Shown here in pieces: positions 53,476 to 64,000 of a DNA stretch of 64,000 nt. The notes below the pieces were generated by a model. The model was not told the DNA's origin. It ran no database searches and was given only the letters and a program-made list of their open reading frames with translations. Position numbers and translations under genes: made by a program. Origin of the DNA: Salpingoeca rosetta. Lineage: Eukaryota; Protista; Choanoflagellata. Positions within the stretch are counted from its first letter, which is position 1. The number at the start of each line of letters is the position of its first letter. Location of the stretch: positions 1,597,793-1,661,792 of the forward strand of contig JAWQFM010000012.1 of NCBI GenBank assembly GCA_033442325.1, written 5' to 3'.

Positions 53476-54020
53476 GCACGCACGCACGCACGCACGCATA
53501 CACACACGCGCGCGCGCAGCCACCAAGGCCAATGTGAACAGGGGAGGGAAGAAAAAAGGGGGTTGTGGGTTGAGGGAAGGGGAGGTGGGTGGGTGGAGTG
53601 GCAAGTGAGTGGAGGAGCGATGGGGTTGTGGTTGCAAAGGTGCTTGCTTGGGTGTTTGCTGCGTGCGGTGAAGCTGCTTGGTTGCTTGGTGAGCACATGC
53701 ACACCAAAGGCCACGGGTCACAGCGGCCGCTTACATGCATCCAACAGCCAACGGCCAACAGCCAACAGCCAACGGCGACAACAACAGCAACAATACAAGC
53801 TCAAACTACACCATATCTGAATCACGCTTGGCCTCCAGCAAGCGCACATGCGCACGCGTGCACGCACCGCCTTTGAGTTTCTGGCGGAGACGTGGAAGGA
53901 CATCCAGCCCGAGTTATTGCAGCGCTGGGCATGTAGGGCGGGGGAGACGGCACGCTGGTGCTCGAGATCAACTGGTCGGCGGTGGTCGTGGTGGTGGTAT
54001 CGTTGTTGTTGTTGTTGTGA

Positions 54021-54063
<43 letters not shown>

Positions 54064-55407
54064 GGGGCATCGTTGTTGTGTGTTGTTTGTTGGGGTTGTT
54101 GGTGGTGGACATCGTCGTCGTCGACGTCGTCGTCGTCGTCGTCGTCGTCGTGGGTGTTGTGCGTGTTGTGGTGGTTGGTTGGCAGCGAGCGTGTGCGGAA
54201 GAGAAGGCAGTGGCGTGCATGGAGGTAGAGATGTGAGTGACCGTGACAAGAGGTGGGGCACAGAACAAAGGTGGTGAGGCGTTACAATGAGAACTTGTTG
54301 AAGAGCGAGAGAGGGGGAGGGGGACAAACACCAGCGCGTCACCGACCTTTGTTAGCGACGAGGGCACACTTTGGCTTCTTTGGCTTGTCCACAAATGTCT
54401 TTGTGACAATGGCCCGCCAGTCATTGAGGTTCTCAAAGCTCTCGCGGTTGGAGATGTCGTACACAAACAGCACCACCTGGTCGCGTGGACGTGCGCGCAT
54501 GTATTGTTGGGGGTGGATGGTTTAGTGAGTACGGTGTTGGGAAGCACAGGGGCTACGCGGTGAATCATTGAATGGTAATCGGTAGGGAGGGGGTGGTGGG
54601 GTGACGAATGCAACTGTGTGTGTGTGTGGGGGGGGGGGGGAGATGCGTGCAAACGGGCGGGGCAAGCAAGCTTGCTTGCTCGCTCGCAAGGGAAGGCATG
54701 GTAACGCACGAAGACCTCACACCTGTGCGTTCTCCAGGTATGTCTTCAGCATCTTGCCGCCAATACTCTGACCACCAACGTCCCATAACTGCATGGTTAC
54801 GTGTTTGTCCTCTGCCCGTGTATCATTGGATACGTGAGGCGGGTGAGGCGGGGCGGGGGGTGGAAGTTGGAGAGGGAAGAGGTAGGCGCGGACAAGGGAC
54901 AGAGGCAGAAGAAGCGGAGAAATGCCACAACAGGCGAGAAGAGGCACATGCACACACATATCCACACACACACGCACACGCACAACTCACGCACGCACGC
55001 ACGCACATGCACACACTTGGAAGGTCGACGCGCTTGAGGAAAAAGTCCAGGCCAACGGTTTGGTTGTAGGCGGGTGCAAACGCGTCTTGGCAGTACCGTG
55101 TGATGATGGACGTCTGTATTCGTGCATTCGTACATGGTGTTAGATCTTGTCATCACAGGCATCGTGTCATATCAACTTGGCGGAGTGCTCCGCAAAGAGA
55201 AAGGGGGGGATGGCTGATGTTGTGTGCGTGTGTGTCTGTCTGTCTGTCTGTCTGTCGCACGAGATGTACACACAAGTACACTTGCATGCGCACCACTCAT
55301 GCACGCATACAGAGACACACAGACACACAGACACACATACGCACCTTCCCCGTGGATCCATCACCGACAACCACCACCTTGATGGTTTGTACGCTGTCGT
55401 CTGCCAT
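53057..55407 (-). CDS. RAB28: Rab28 small GTPase
   Basis: GDGSTGK|[12 protein letters not shown], Rab28-type G3 [17 protein letters not shown]|VDLEHQR, HVSAR, C-terminal CaaX CSLQ-stop. Confidence 0.93.
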
Positions 55408-55736
55408 GACGATGTGTTTGTGCTGGTGCTCGCGTGTGTGTATGTGCGGTCTGCTCCTGGTGGAGTCAGCAGCAACAGCAGCAACAGCAGCAACAGCAGC
55501 AGCAGCAGGGAGGGCAGCAGCGGTCAGTCGTGCGTTTCCGTTGTTGTTTTGGTGCCGATTGTTGTGTTGTTGTTGGTGACGATTGATGGTCGTTCCCATC
55601 CCTCCATTTCTTAATTCCATCCACACACCCTTTCTTTCCTTCATTCTCCTTCTCTTGCTTCATTGAGTCCTTGCTCGCTCCCACATGTTCATTCGTTCCA
55701 AGGATGGCAGGCTGCACACCCACAGAACACACATGA

Positions 55737-55768
<32 letters not shown>

Positions 55769-56066
55769 CACGACACACGCACACGACACACACACACGCA
55801 GTCAAGGAACCCACCATAACCACAGCACCTCTTGCACTTGAATTCTTCTTGCGTCCTAGAACACGCACCACGCCCACACTGGCACCACACCTCCGCTCAA
55901 AACGCACTCGCTTCCTTATCAAACACACACTCACATCCACACGCAGACAGCACCAAGCGATGTGATGGCACATCCATATGGGAAAGCGCCATCACCGCTC
56001 CTGTTCCTCCGCCTCCTCTTCCTGCTGCTGCTGCTGTTGTTATTGTTGCTGTTGTTTTCTCGCGCC

Positions 56067-57037
56067 TCAGCGGCCCTTGAGGAACTTCTCGAGGAAGGTG
56101 GGCTGGGGCTTGGGACCCTGTTGTGGCAATGGGAGGAGGAGGGTGAGCAAGGATGTGGTGGGAATGGGGGGGGGGAGGGAGAGAGAGGGAAGGGAAGGAA
56201 GAGGTGAGGTGAGGTGAGGTGAGGGGAGGTGTCGCCACAAGGCCGTCATCAAACCTGACACGAACATGCACACACATGCACGACGCACACACATGCACGA
56301 TTACATTCACTTACATGCGAACGCATGCACGCACAGACACACACACACACACTCAGACGCACGAGTGCATACACATACGCACGAGTACATACACACACAC
56401 ACACAATGTCGACGAAAGACGTACCGCGGGGTCTTCCCAGAAGCGCATCACGTGCGTTTTTTGTTTCCACACCTTCATGGTCTCATCCAATTCCATTTGA
56501 CCCTGCACATACACACACGTGCGGTGATGTTGTAAGCCACCCAAAGCCGAAACAAACGCCATGTCTCCGTGTCATAACCCTTGCGTTTCGTTCGCAAACG
56601 CCCGCATCCTTTGTGTACACGCACACGCACACACACACACACAACACAATACCTTAATGGTGAGCATGTCAATCACGCGCACGTCGTCCACGTCCTTGTT
56701 CACCATGAACTTCTCCTTCAGCTGCACGGGGCGGGAAACAAGATAACAAAGCAGGGTGAGACCAACACAGAGTCAAACAGAGAGAGAGAGACGAGGAAGG
56801 AGTGGGAGGGAGGGGGAGTAGGAGGGCAAGTGGGAGTGGGAAAGATGAAACATGCGTGTACACACAAACACACACACACACACAGGTCACACAAAACACG
56901 ATGAACAATATAGTATGCACAGCTTCGCATGGGTAGTTGTACCTTGTCCCTGCACTCCTGTGGCGTCTTTTCCAAACGGAAGATTTGGATAATCTCGGGA
57001 ATCTGTGTGCATGAAGAGGAAGCCACGAGACCAACGA

Positions 57038-57073
<36 letters not shown>

Positions 57074-57327
57074 CTATTCCTTTGTGGAAACAGCGGTACT
57101 CTCAGTCCAATACAAACACACAAACACACAAGTGCACACCCGCACGCACTCCACACTGCACAAAAACAACTTGCACTGCAAAACAACACCACCAACACCA
57201 ACAACAACCTCAGACGCAAATGCGCACGCACCGATCTGAACCAGGCCCTGTAGAGACCAATCACACGTGTCCTGGCAACAGCCTTGTTGGGCGAAATCAT
57301 GCCCTCAACCAGCGCCTTTCCACTCAT
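56067..57327 (-). CDS. NDUFA6: Complex I LYR-motif subunit B14 (NDUFA6)
   Basis: [15 protein letters not shown]|[13 protein letters not shown]|[23 protein letters not shown]-terminal FLEKFLKGR. Confidence 0.93.
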
Positions 57328-57598
57328 GGTGTGCGTATGCGTGTGTGTGTGAGGTCGGGCAAGACAAGGCAACGAGAGGAGGCAGAAGTGAAGACAGTGT
57401 GGAAGCAGCAGACAACTGAGACAGCGGCGGTCGCGAGCGAGAGAGAAATGTGGCTACACCATGTGATGTCGCAAAAGTCACCGTGCGTGCGCCCGCCTGA
57501 AATTCAAGTTCAAACGTGAAACCGGCCGCTCACCTGATTCCCAAAGTGCCTGCAATTTTTTTTGCTTTGCTTGCAGCTCCTCCACACTAAGACCCAAG

Positions 57599-57944
57599 AT
57601 GATGGTGGCTGGTGTACTTGTTCGTGCTGGCGTGAGCGCTGCTCGCACTGGCGGCGTTGTGGCCGCTGCGGCCGTGGGTGCCGCCAACCGCGGAGGCGCA
57701 CCCTGGGCCGGCGTGCGCTCCATGATGACAGACACCGTGAGCGACCTCACCGACACCCAACTCGAGGTAGGTAAACTTGGATGATGTGGTGGCGGCGATC
57801 GAAGGCGCTCATGCGCGTGTTGTGACATGAATTGCAACACACCACCGCACCAACCAAAACCAAACACGCCAACGGAAGCACAAACCCTTTATTAAGGGTG
57901 CCCTCCTTGACATGTCGCGTTGTTACCTCATATGGCTGACCATG

Positions 57945-58029
<85 letters not shown>

Positions 58030-58489
58030 ATTGTGTGTGTGTGTGTGTTTGTTTGTGTGCGTTCGATTGTTTGTCGTTTCGAAATGACAGCTCAAGGAGA
58101 CAATCAACAAGTTTGCGCAGCAAGAGCTTGCCCCCTATGCGCAGGACATTGACAAGAACAACGGCTGGGACAACCTTCGGGTGCGTCGTCGTCTTGTTGT
58201 GGTCGTTGTAGTTGTAGTTGTTGTTGTAGTTGTTGTGGTCGTTGTAGTTGTAGTTGTTGTTCTTGTTGTTGTTGTTGTTCTTGTTCTTGTTCTTGTGCTT
58301 CTCTCTTCTCCTTCTCCCTCCCTTTCTGTCTTCTCTTCTTCTTCCTCCTCCTCTCCCTGTTCACTTGTGGTTGCCGTTCGTTGCTCCCTTTGTTTAACGT
58401 TTTACAGGAGTTCTGGAAGAAGCTGGGTGACCTTGGCCTTCTTGGCATCACCGCACCTGGTATGCGCCGTCCTGCGCTCAACGCTCGCG

Positions 58490-58548
<59 letters not shown>

Positions 58549-60346
58549 TGTGTCTGTGTCTGTGTGTCTGTGTGTGTGTGTGTCTGTGTGTCTGTGTGTG
58601 TGTCTGTGTCTGTGTGTGTGTGTGTGTCTGTTTCCACGTTGAGCATTTGTGTGTTCCATTCACGTACGCACGTGCGTGGTGTGTTTGTAGAGGAATATGG
58701 TGGCTCTGCCCTTGGCTACACGGAGCACGTGATTGCCATGGAGGAACTCTCCCGCGCCTCTGGTTCCATTGCTCTTTCCTACGGTCAGTTTTGCTGCGTG
58801 TACAGTCATGCTCTTGCGCCACAATTATTGCACGCACACACACACACACACACACACACGCAAATACGGAATACTTTCCTGCTTGCATGCGTACGTGCTC
58901 ACAATACTTGCATCTGCCTTTTGATTTGCGTGTGCAGGTGCTCACAGCAACCTGTGCGTGAACCAGATTGTTCGCAACGGCAACGAGGAGCAGAAGCAGA
59001 AGTACCTGCCCAAGGTGCACGGCCTGTGTGTCTGTCTGTGTGTATGTGTGTTTCGTGTCTGCGTGTCAATGTCAACAATGTGCTGGTCTGGTTTACGCTC
59101 TCGCTGCACCGCAATCACCACCACAAACACCAACTCACTCACCTCTCCTCCTTGCCTTGCGTGTGCACCAGCTCATCTCTGGCGAGCACATGGGTGCGCT
59201 GGCCATGTCGGAGCCCGGCTCTGGCTCGGACGTCGTCTCAATGCAGCTCCGTGCACAGGAGGACGGTCAGTCGTCGTGGCAGTGATAGTGATGGTGGTGG
59301 TGGCGGTGGTGCTGTGCTGTGGTGCTGTGGTGCTGTGGTTGTAATGAGAGTGCATGTACACCCCCAGTTGTCGCTGCTGATACTGCGCTTTTGTTTGATG
59401 GCGGTATTGTGCTTCCCTATGTTTCCCCTCATCAATGTGCCCACGCTCTTACTCGCCCCTAACATCCTCTCCTCGTCTCATGGTGCCAATTCATTCACAC
59501 CAACAACAACAAAAACAACAACAATAACAACAACCAACAACAACAACAAACAACAAACAACCACCGCCACCACAGGCGACTCGTATGTGCTGAACGGCAA
59601 CAAGTTCTGGATCACCAACGGCCCCGACGCCGACGTGCTCGTCGTCTACGCAAAGACAGATATGAGCGCACACCAGCACGGCATCACCGCGTTCCTCGTG
59701 GAGAAGGTACAGGCGCCCGGCCGCGTCACTGTGTGTGCCTTGGTGTGTGTGTGCGTGTGTTGGTGTGTCTGTGTGTCTGTGTATGCGTTGGTGTGTGTGT
59801 GTGTCTGTGTCTGTGTTTGCCTGCGTGCGTCTGCCTATTTGTCTGCCATTGCTTACACATGTATTTCCTCCTCATTTCTCCCTCCCCCCCCCCTTTTTTT
59901 TTCTCCCTTTTCGACCACCGCTGCCAGGACTTTGAAGGATTCAGCACTGCGCAGAAGCTTGACAAGCTTGGCATGCGTGGCTCAAACACGTGCGAGCTTG
60001 TTTTCGAGAACTGCCGCGTCCCAAAGGGTAAACGCACACCCACGCGCGCACACGCATACACGCGCGCGCGCCGTCACCCCTGATGCAATGGCGTGGGTGA
60101 TTGTTGGTTGTGTTGGGGTGTGAGGTGGGTCTGCGAGGGTGTGCACTTGTTGTGCTGTGTTGTGTTGTGTTGTGAACCAGAACGCTCCCTCACTTTGCAA
60201 GCACGGTTGCCTGCGCCTGTGTGCAGAGAATGTGCTTGGCGAGGTGAACAAGGGCGTGTATGTGCTCATGTCTGGTCTCGATCTTGAGCGCCTCGTCCTC
60301 GCCGGCGGCCCACTCGGCCTCATGCAGGTACAATCATGCACGCACG

Positions 60347-60386
<40 letters not shown>

Positions 60387-61556
60387 CGCGCGCGCTCCCC
60401 TGCCACCTGCGTGCTTCCACGCCTCCGCCACCTCGTGCGCTCACGCGCTCACACCACCATTCCCCCCCCCCAACCAGGCCGCTGTTGATGTGTCCTTTGA
60501 TTACGTGCACGAGCGCAAGCAGTTTGGCAAGCCCATCGGTACCTTCCAGGTGCGTACATATCCATGTCCACCACCACCACCGTGATCAGCACAACGCGTC
60601 ATCACCTTGCTGCCGGAAGCGCTTGCTTCACGTTCCGCTGTCCTCACACACGCTCGTTGTGTTTGGCGCCTGCTGCCCTCAACGTGCCAAAACCATGCAA
60701 CAACGCTGACACCAACGAAACCACCACCGACCACTCCCATGGCGACTGCTTGCCTGTGGCAGATGATGCAAGCCAAGCTGGCTGACATGTACACGACGCT
60801 CAGCGCCAACCGCGCATATGTCTACTCCGTCGCCAAGAAGTGCGACAAGGGCATTGTCGAGAGCAAGGTCGGTGCGCCATGTGTGTGTGTGTGTATTTGT
60901 CCATGTTGCTGTCTGTCTGGCCTTTGTGCTTTGTGTGTATGTGTGTGTGTGTGTGTCTACTTTCCAAGACCTGGTTGCCCTGTTTCCCCCTCCCCCCTCC
61001 TTGCTTCACCTCCTCATTTCCACCCATGTCGTCTTCCTCTTGCCATTTCTTGTTGCAGGACTGTGCTGGTGTGATTCTTTACTCTGCCGAGGCCGCCACC
61101 AAGGTTGCCCTCGACGCCATCCAGTGCCTCGGTAAGCACAGTAGCCAATACAGTGTCCCACCGTACGACCAGGCACCAACCACAACACACATATTGCACA
61201 CACACCCACTCACTCACACACACACACACATTTTGCACGCACGCACACACACACACACACATTGCGCACGCACATTTTGCACACACACACATTGCGCACG
61301 CACACACACACACACACACAACAAACACGCACACAACACACAACACACACACTCTCTCTCACGTATCCTGCTCTCACAAACATGACACAAATACAACCCC
61401 TCTCCCCATTCCACTACCACAGGCGGCAACGGGTACATCAACGACTACCCGACTGGGCGCATCATGCGCGATGCCAAGCTGTACGAGATTGGTGCCGGCA
61501 CGAGCGAGATCCGCCGCCTTCTCATCGGCCGCGCCTTCAACTCCATGTACCGCTGA
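57599..61556 (+). CDS. IVD: Isovaleryl-CoA dehydrogenase, mitochondrial
   Basis: Arg/Ala-rich transit peptide; [59 protein letters not shown]-type catalytic Glu in [38 protein letters not shown]. Confidence 0.97.
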
Positions 61557-61735
61557 GCACACACCACGCCACGTGCCCCTGATGCTCCTGTCTGTGGCCC
61601 TTTCTCCCTTCACCCTCCCCCTTCTTTGTAGTAGCTGTCAATGCTTTTGAGTATGTGTGTGTGTGTGTGTGCTTGTGCAGATGTCGTCCTTCCATCCATC
61701 TCTGCCCGTGTCTCCTCCGTTGTCTCTGCATCCTG

Positions 61736-62475
61736 CTATGCGTGAGTCAAGTCTGTGCTAGTGGCGTCGCTGCTGCTGTGCTGTTGGCTCCCGCCCCCAT
61801 GGTGTGGTGATGTGTGCTGCACGTGCGTGCTTGTGTTGTGCGCCACTGCTGGCGATATTGCGCTGCCCTGCTGTTGTGGTCCCAATAGAGACGTTGCAGT
61901 GGCAGGTGATACAGATGACACGTGTGGGCCGGCGTGCTCTTGGTGCGCGTGCTGTGTTTCGAGAGATTGGCCTTGCTGGCCTTGCTGTTCCTGCTTCATC
62001 TTCTCTGCCTTGGCCAGGTTCTTGGCGCGCACCTCATGCAAGCACGCCTGTGACGCTGTGAAGGAGGTCGCTGCGCTGGCAACCGATGCAGACACTGCAG
62101 TCACGCGCAGAAGAGCGGGTTGTGAGTGTGCCGTAACCATGTTGTGTGGGCGCCCGATACATGCGAGTCAATCCAAACCAACAACGCGCTTCCCCAGTGA
62201 GCAAAACAGAATGTGAACGTACACAAGTGCATGGGCGCACATGTACGCGCGCAGGTACGTCTAACCACGTCGTTCTCCCTTTCCCTCCCCCTCTCTCCCG
62301 CTCTCTTTGCCTACCCTTCCCTCACTGTCTGTGTGGCACATACGCACCGATGCTGCTGACGAGGATGTAACGGTGGAACGTTGGGTCGACCCGCCTGGCA
62401 TACGTGCGACCGCCCAGGAACACGAGGCCGCCCATGGCAACAAATGCCAGCGCACCTCCCTTCACCGCCTTCCAC

Positions 62476-62507
<32 letters not shown>

Positions 62508-62508
62508 T

Positions 62509-62590
<82 letters not shown>

Positions 62591-62800
62591 GTGTGTGTGC
62601 AGGTGTGTGAGGAAGGAAGGGGGAACAAATGTCATGTGTCACGGGAGAGAGAGAGAGAGAGACGCGCGGTCATGGCAATCATTGCCGGAGTGTAGGGGTC
62701 GCTCATCGTGGCCTTGCCTCACCTGACATGTTCGCAGCACGTCCAAGTCATCCTTCTTGTGAGGATACCTGCGGCGAACCATCTCACTCAAGCTCGTCAT
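61736..62800 (-). CDS. TMEM141: TMEM141-like two-TM membrane protein, 3 exons
   Basis: MTSLSEMVRRRYPHKKDDLDVLRTCQ|WKAVKGGALAFVAMGGLVFLG...YILVSSI|VSASVASAATSFTASQAC. This matches my recollection of the TMEM141 pattern (CQxxA..G...FV; S..S.......S..C). Confidence 0.65.
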
Positions 62801-63048
62801 CGTGCCAAGTGGTCCCTACGTATGAATTAGTGTGCAACGCGAACGTGTTGCGGTGTGTTGTGCTATGTTGTGTGTTGTGCGATGGGCTGTGGGCTGCTTG
62901 TCAACTGTTGCGACGAAAGAATGAATTGATTGGCGGTCGCGTCATGCATGTCATCTTGGCTGCAATCGCGTTCGGAGCATCCAGGTGATTTCATGAACAT
63001 CTTCTACCAATTTTCCACAATCGAATCCACTCGCTGCGTCGATCAACG

Positions 63049-63310
63049 ATGGTGGTGCGAGGTGTGGGTGCTGTGGCCGCTGCTGCGGCGGCGGCGATGA
63101 TGGCCGTGCTGGTGGTCATGGCATGCGTGCTGGACGTGCGAGAGCATGCGGCTCTTGCGTGTGGCATGACAACGCACAACGTGATTGCCCAGCGCGCACG
63201 CCAGTGGTTCAAGGACACCAACGGCATTGATGCAGAGGACATGATTGCGCGCCACCTCGATGCGCTCCAGGTGAACAACACCGTGGCTGTTGTTGACCGT
63301 GTGCTGTTGG

Positions 63311-63359
<49 letters not shown>

Positions 63360-64000
63360 GATGGTGATGTGTGATTTGTTGGTGTCTATACCGTGCGTTG
63401 CTGCTTCGTCTGTTTTAATCACACCACTCCCCCCCCCCCTCTTCTTGGGCGCTCGTTTTCATTTTGTGTAGGGTGGAAGCCCCTACCCCGATTATTTGTA
63501 CACGTGCGGAACGGACCACAACGCTGGCGAGGTTCGCTCATGTCAGCAAGTTCACTGTGGTTGCACATGTTTTATCCACGCAACTAAACCGTGGCTCGAC
63601 CCACATCTCTCATACACCCCCATCGTCCAACGCTCCGATCTCTGTCCGACCCTCTCATGTAATTTTCAACACAATACTACAACCATGCTTCTAACCAATT
63701 GCACAACCATGCTTCAAATGTTCCTCCCTTTGCACATCACATCACGCCACTACAACCCCTTCAGGACGCTCACTGGTGAGATATTTTGGTGCACTGACAC
63801 GTGTGCTGCCGTCCTCGCCCGGGAACTAAACATATAGACGCCTCGCTACTGTACACACCACGACACCCTGCGAATGCACATCCCCGGCCTTCTGCATCCT
63901 CACCTCCCCCCCCCCTTCCTCTCCCAAACGCTCACGTGCACTTCCCCTCGCTCTCCCCCTCATTCATCCACTCCTCCCACCATGCTTGTGCCCTTGTGAT
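63049..64000 (+). CDS. GPLD1: Glycosylphosphatidylinositol-specific phospholipase D (zinc-dependent N-terminal domain), 5' part; continues past window
   Basis: Signal peptide, then CGMTTHNVIAQRA...DALQ|GGSPYPDYLYTC...AGE|DAHW, matching the GPI-PLD motifs CG..TH..I..RA, AG..FPD and E..HW. Confidence 0.85.

Noticed and set aside
55569-55580. Possible RFX X-box (GTTGTTGGTGAC) upstream of the ciliary gene RAB28
   Set aside because: Weak match inside GTT-rich sequence that is abundant throughout the window.

Overview
Intron-rich, gene-dense eukaryotic DNA with GT-AG introns packed with (GT)n/(CA)n/(GTTT)n microsatellites and four 100-N scaffold gaps. Gene content and style suggest a unicellular holozoan, probably a choanoflagellate such as Salpingoeca rosetta (inference, not checked). 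Most ORF-track entries are microsatellite noise. Manual splicing gives 16 genes: the 3' half of DNA-PKcs (+), a CRAL-TRIO/Sec14 protein (-), a degenerate double-AAA ATPase (-), an adhesion-type GPCR (+), a RUN-PH/WW-TBC RabGAP (-), a 62-aa two-exon ORF resembling DASH Dad1/Dad4 (+), a PY-motif/half-LIM protein (-), proteasome beta1 PSMB6 (+), an MRTF/myocardin-like RPEL protein (+), a C2H2 factor with two metallothionein-like Cys modules (-), RAB28 (-), NDUFA6 (-), IVD (+), TMEM141-like (-) and the 5' end of GPI-PLD (+), plus a duplicated copy of the RabGAP 3' end. The best novelty candidates are the putative metal-sensing C2H2 factor, the MRTF homolog, the Dad-like micro-gene and a WW-like insertion in DNA-PKcs. 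All homology calls come from motifs recalled from memory; no searches were run.
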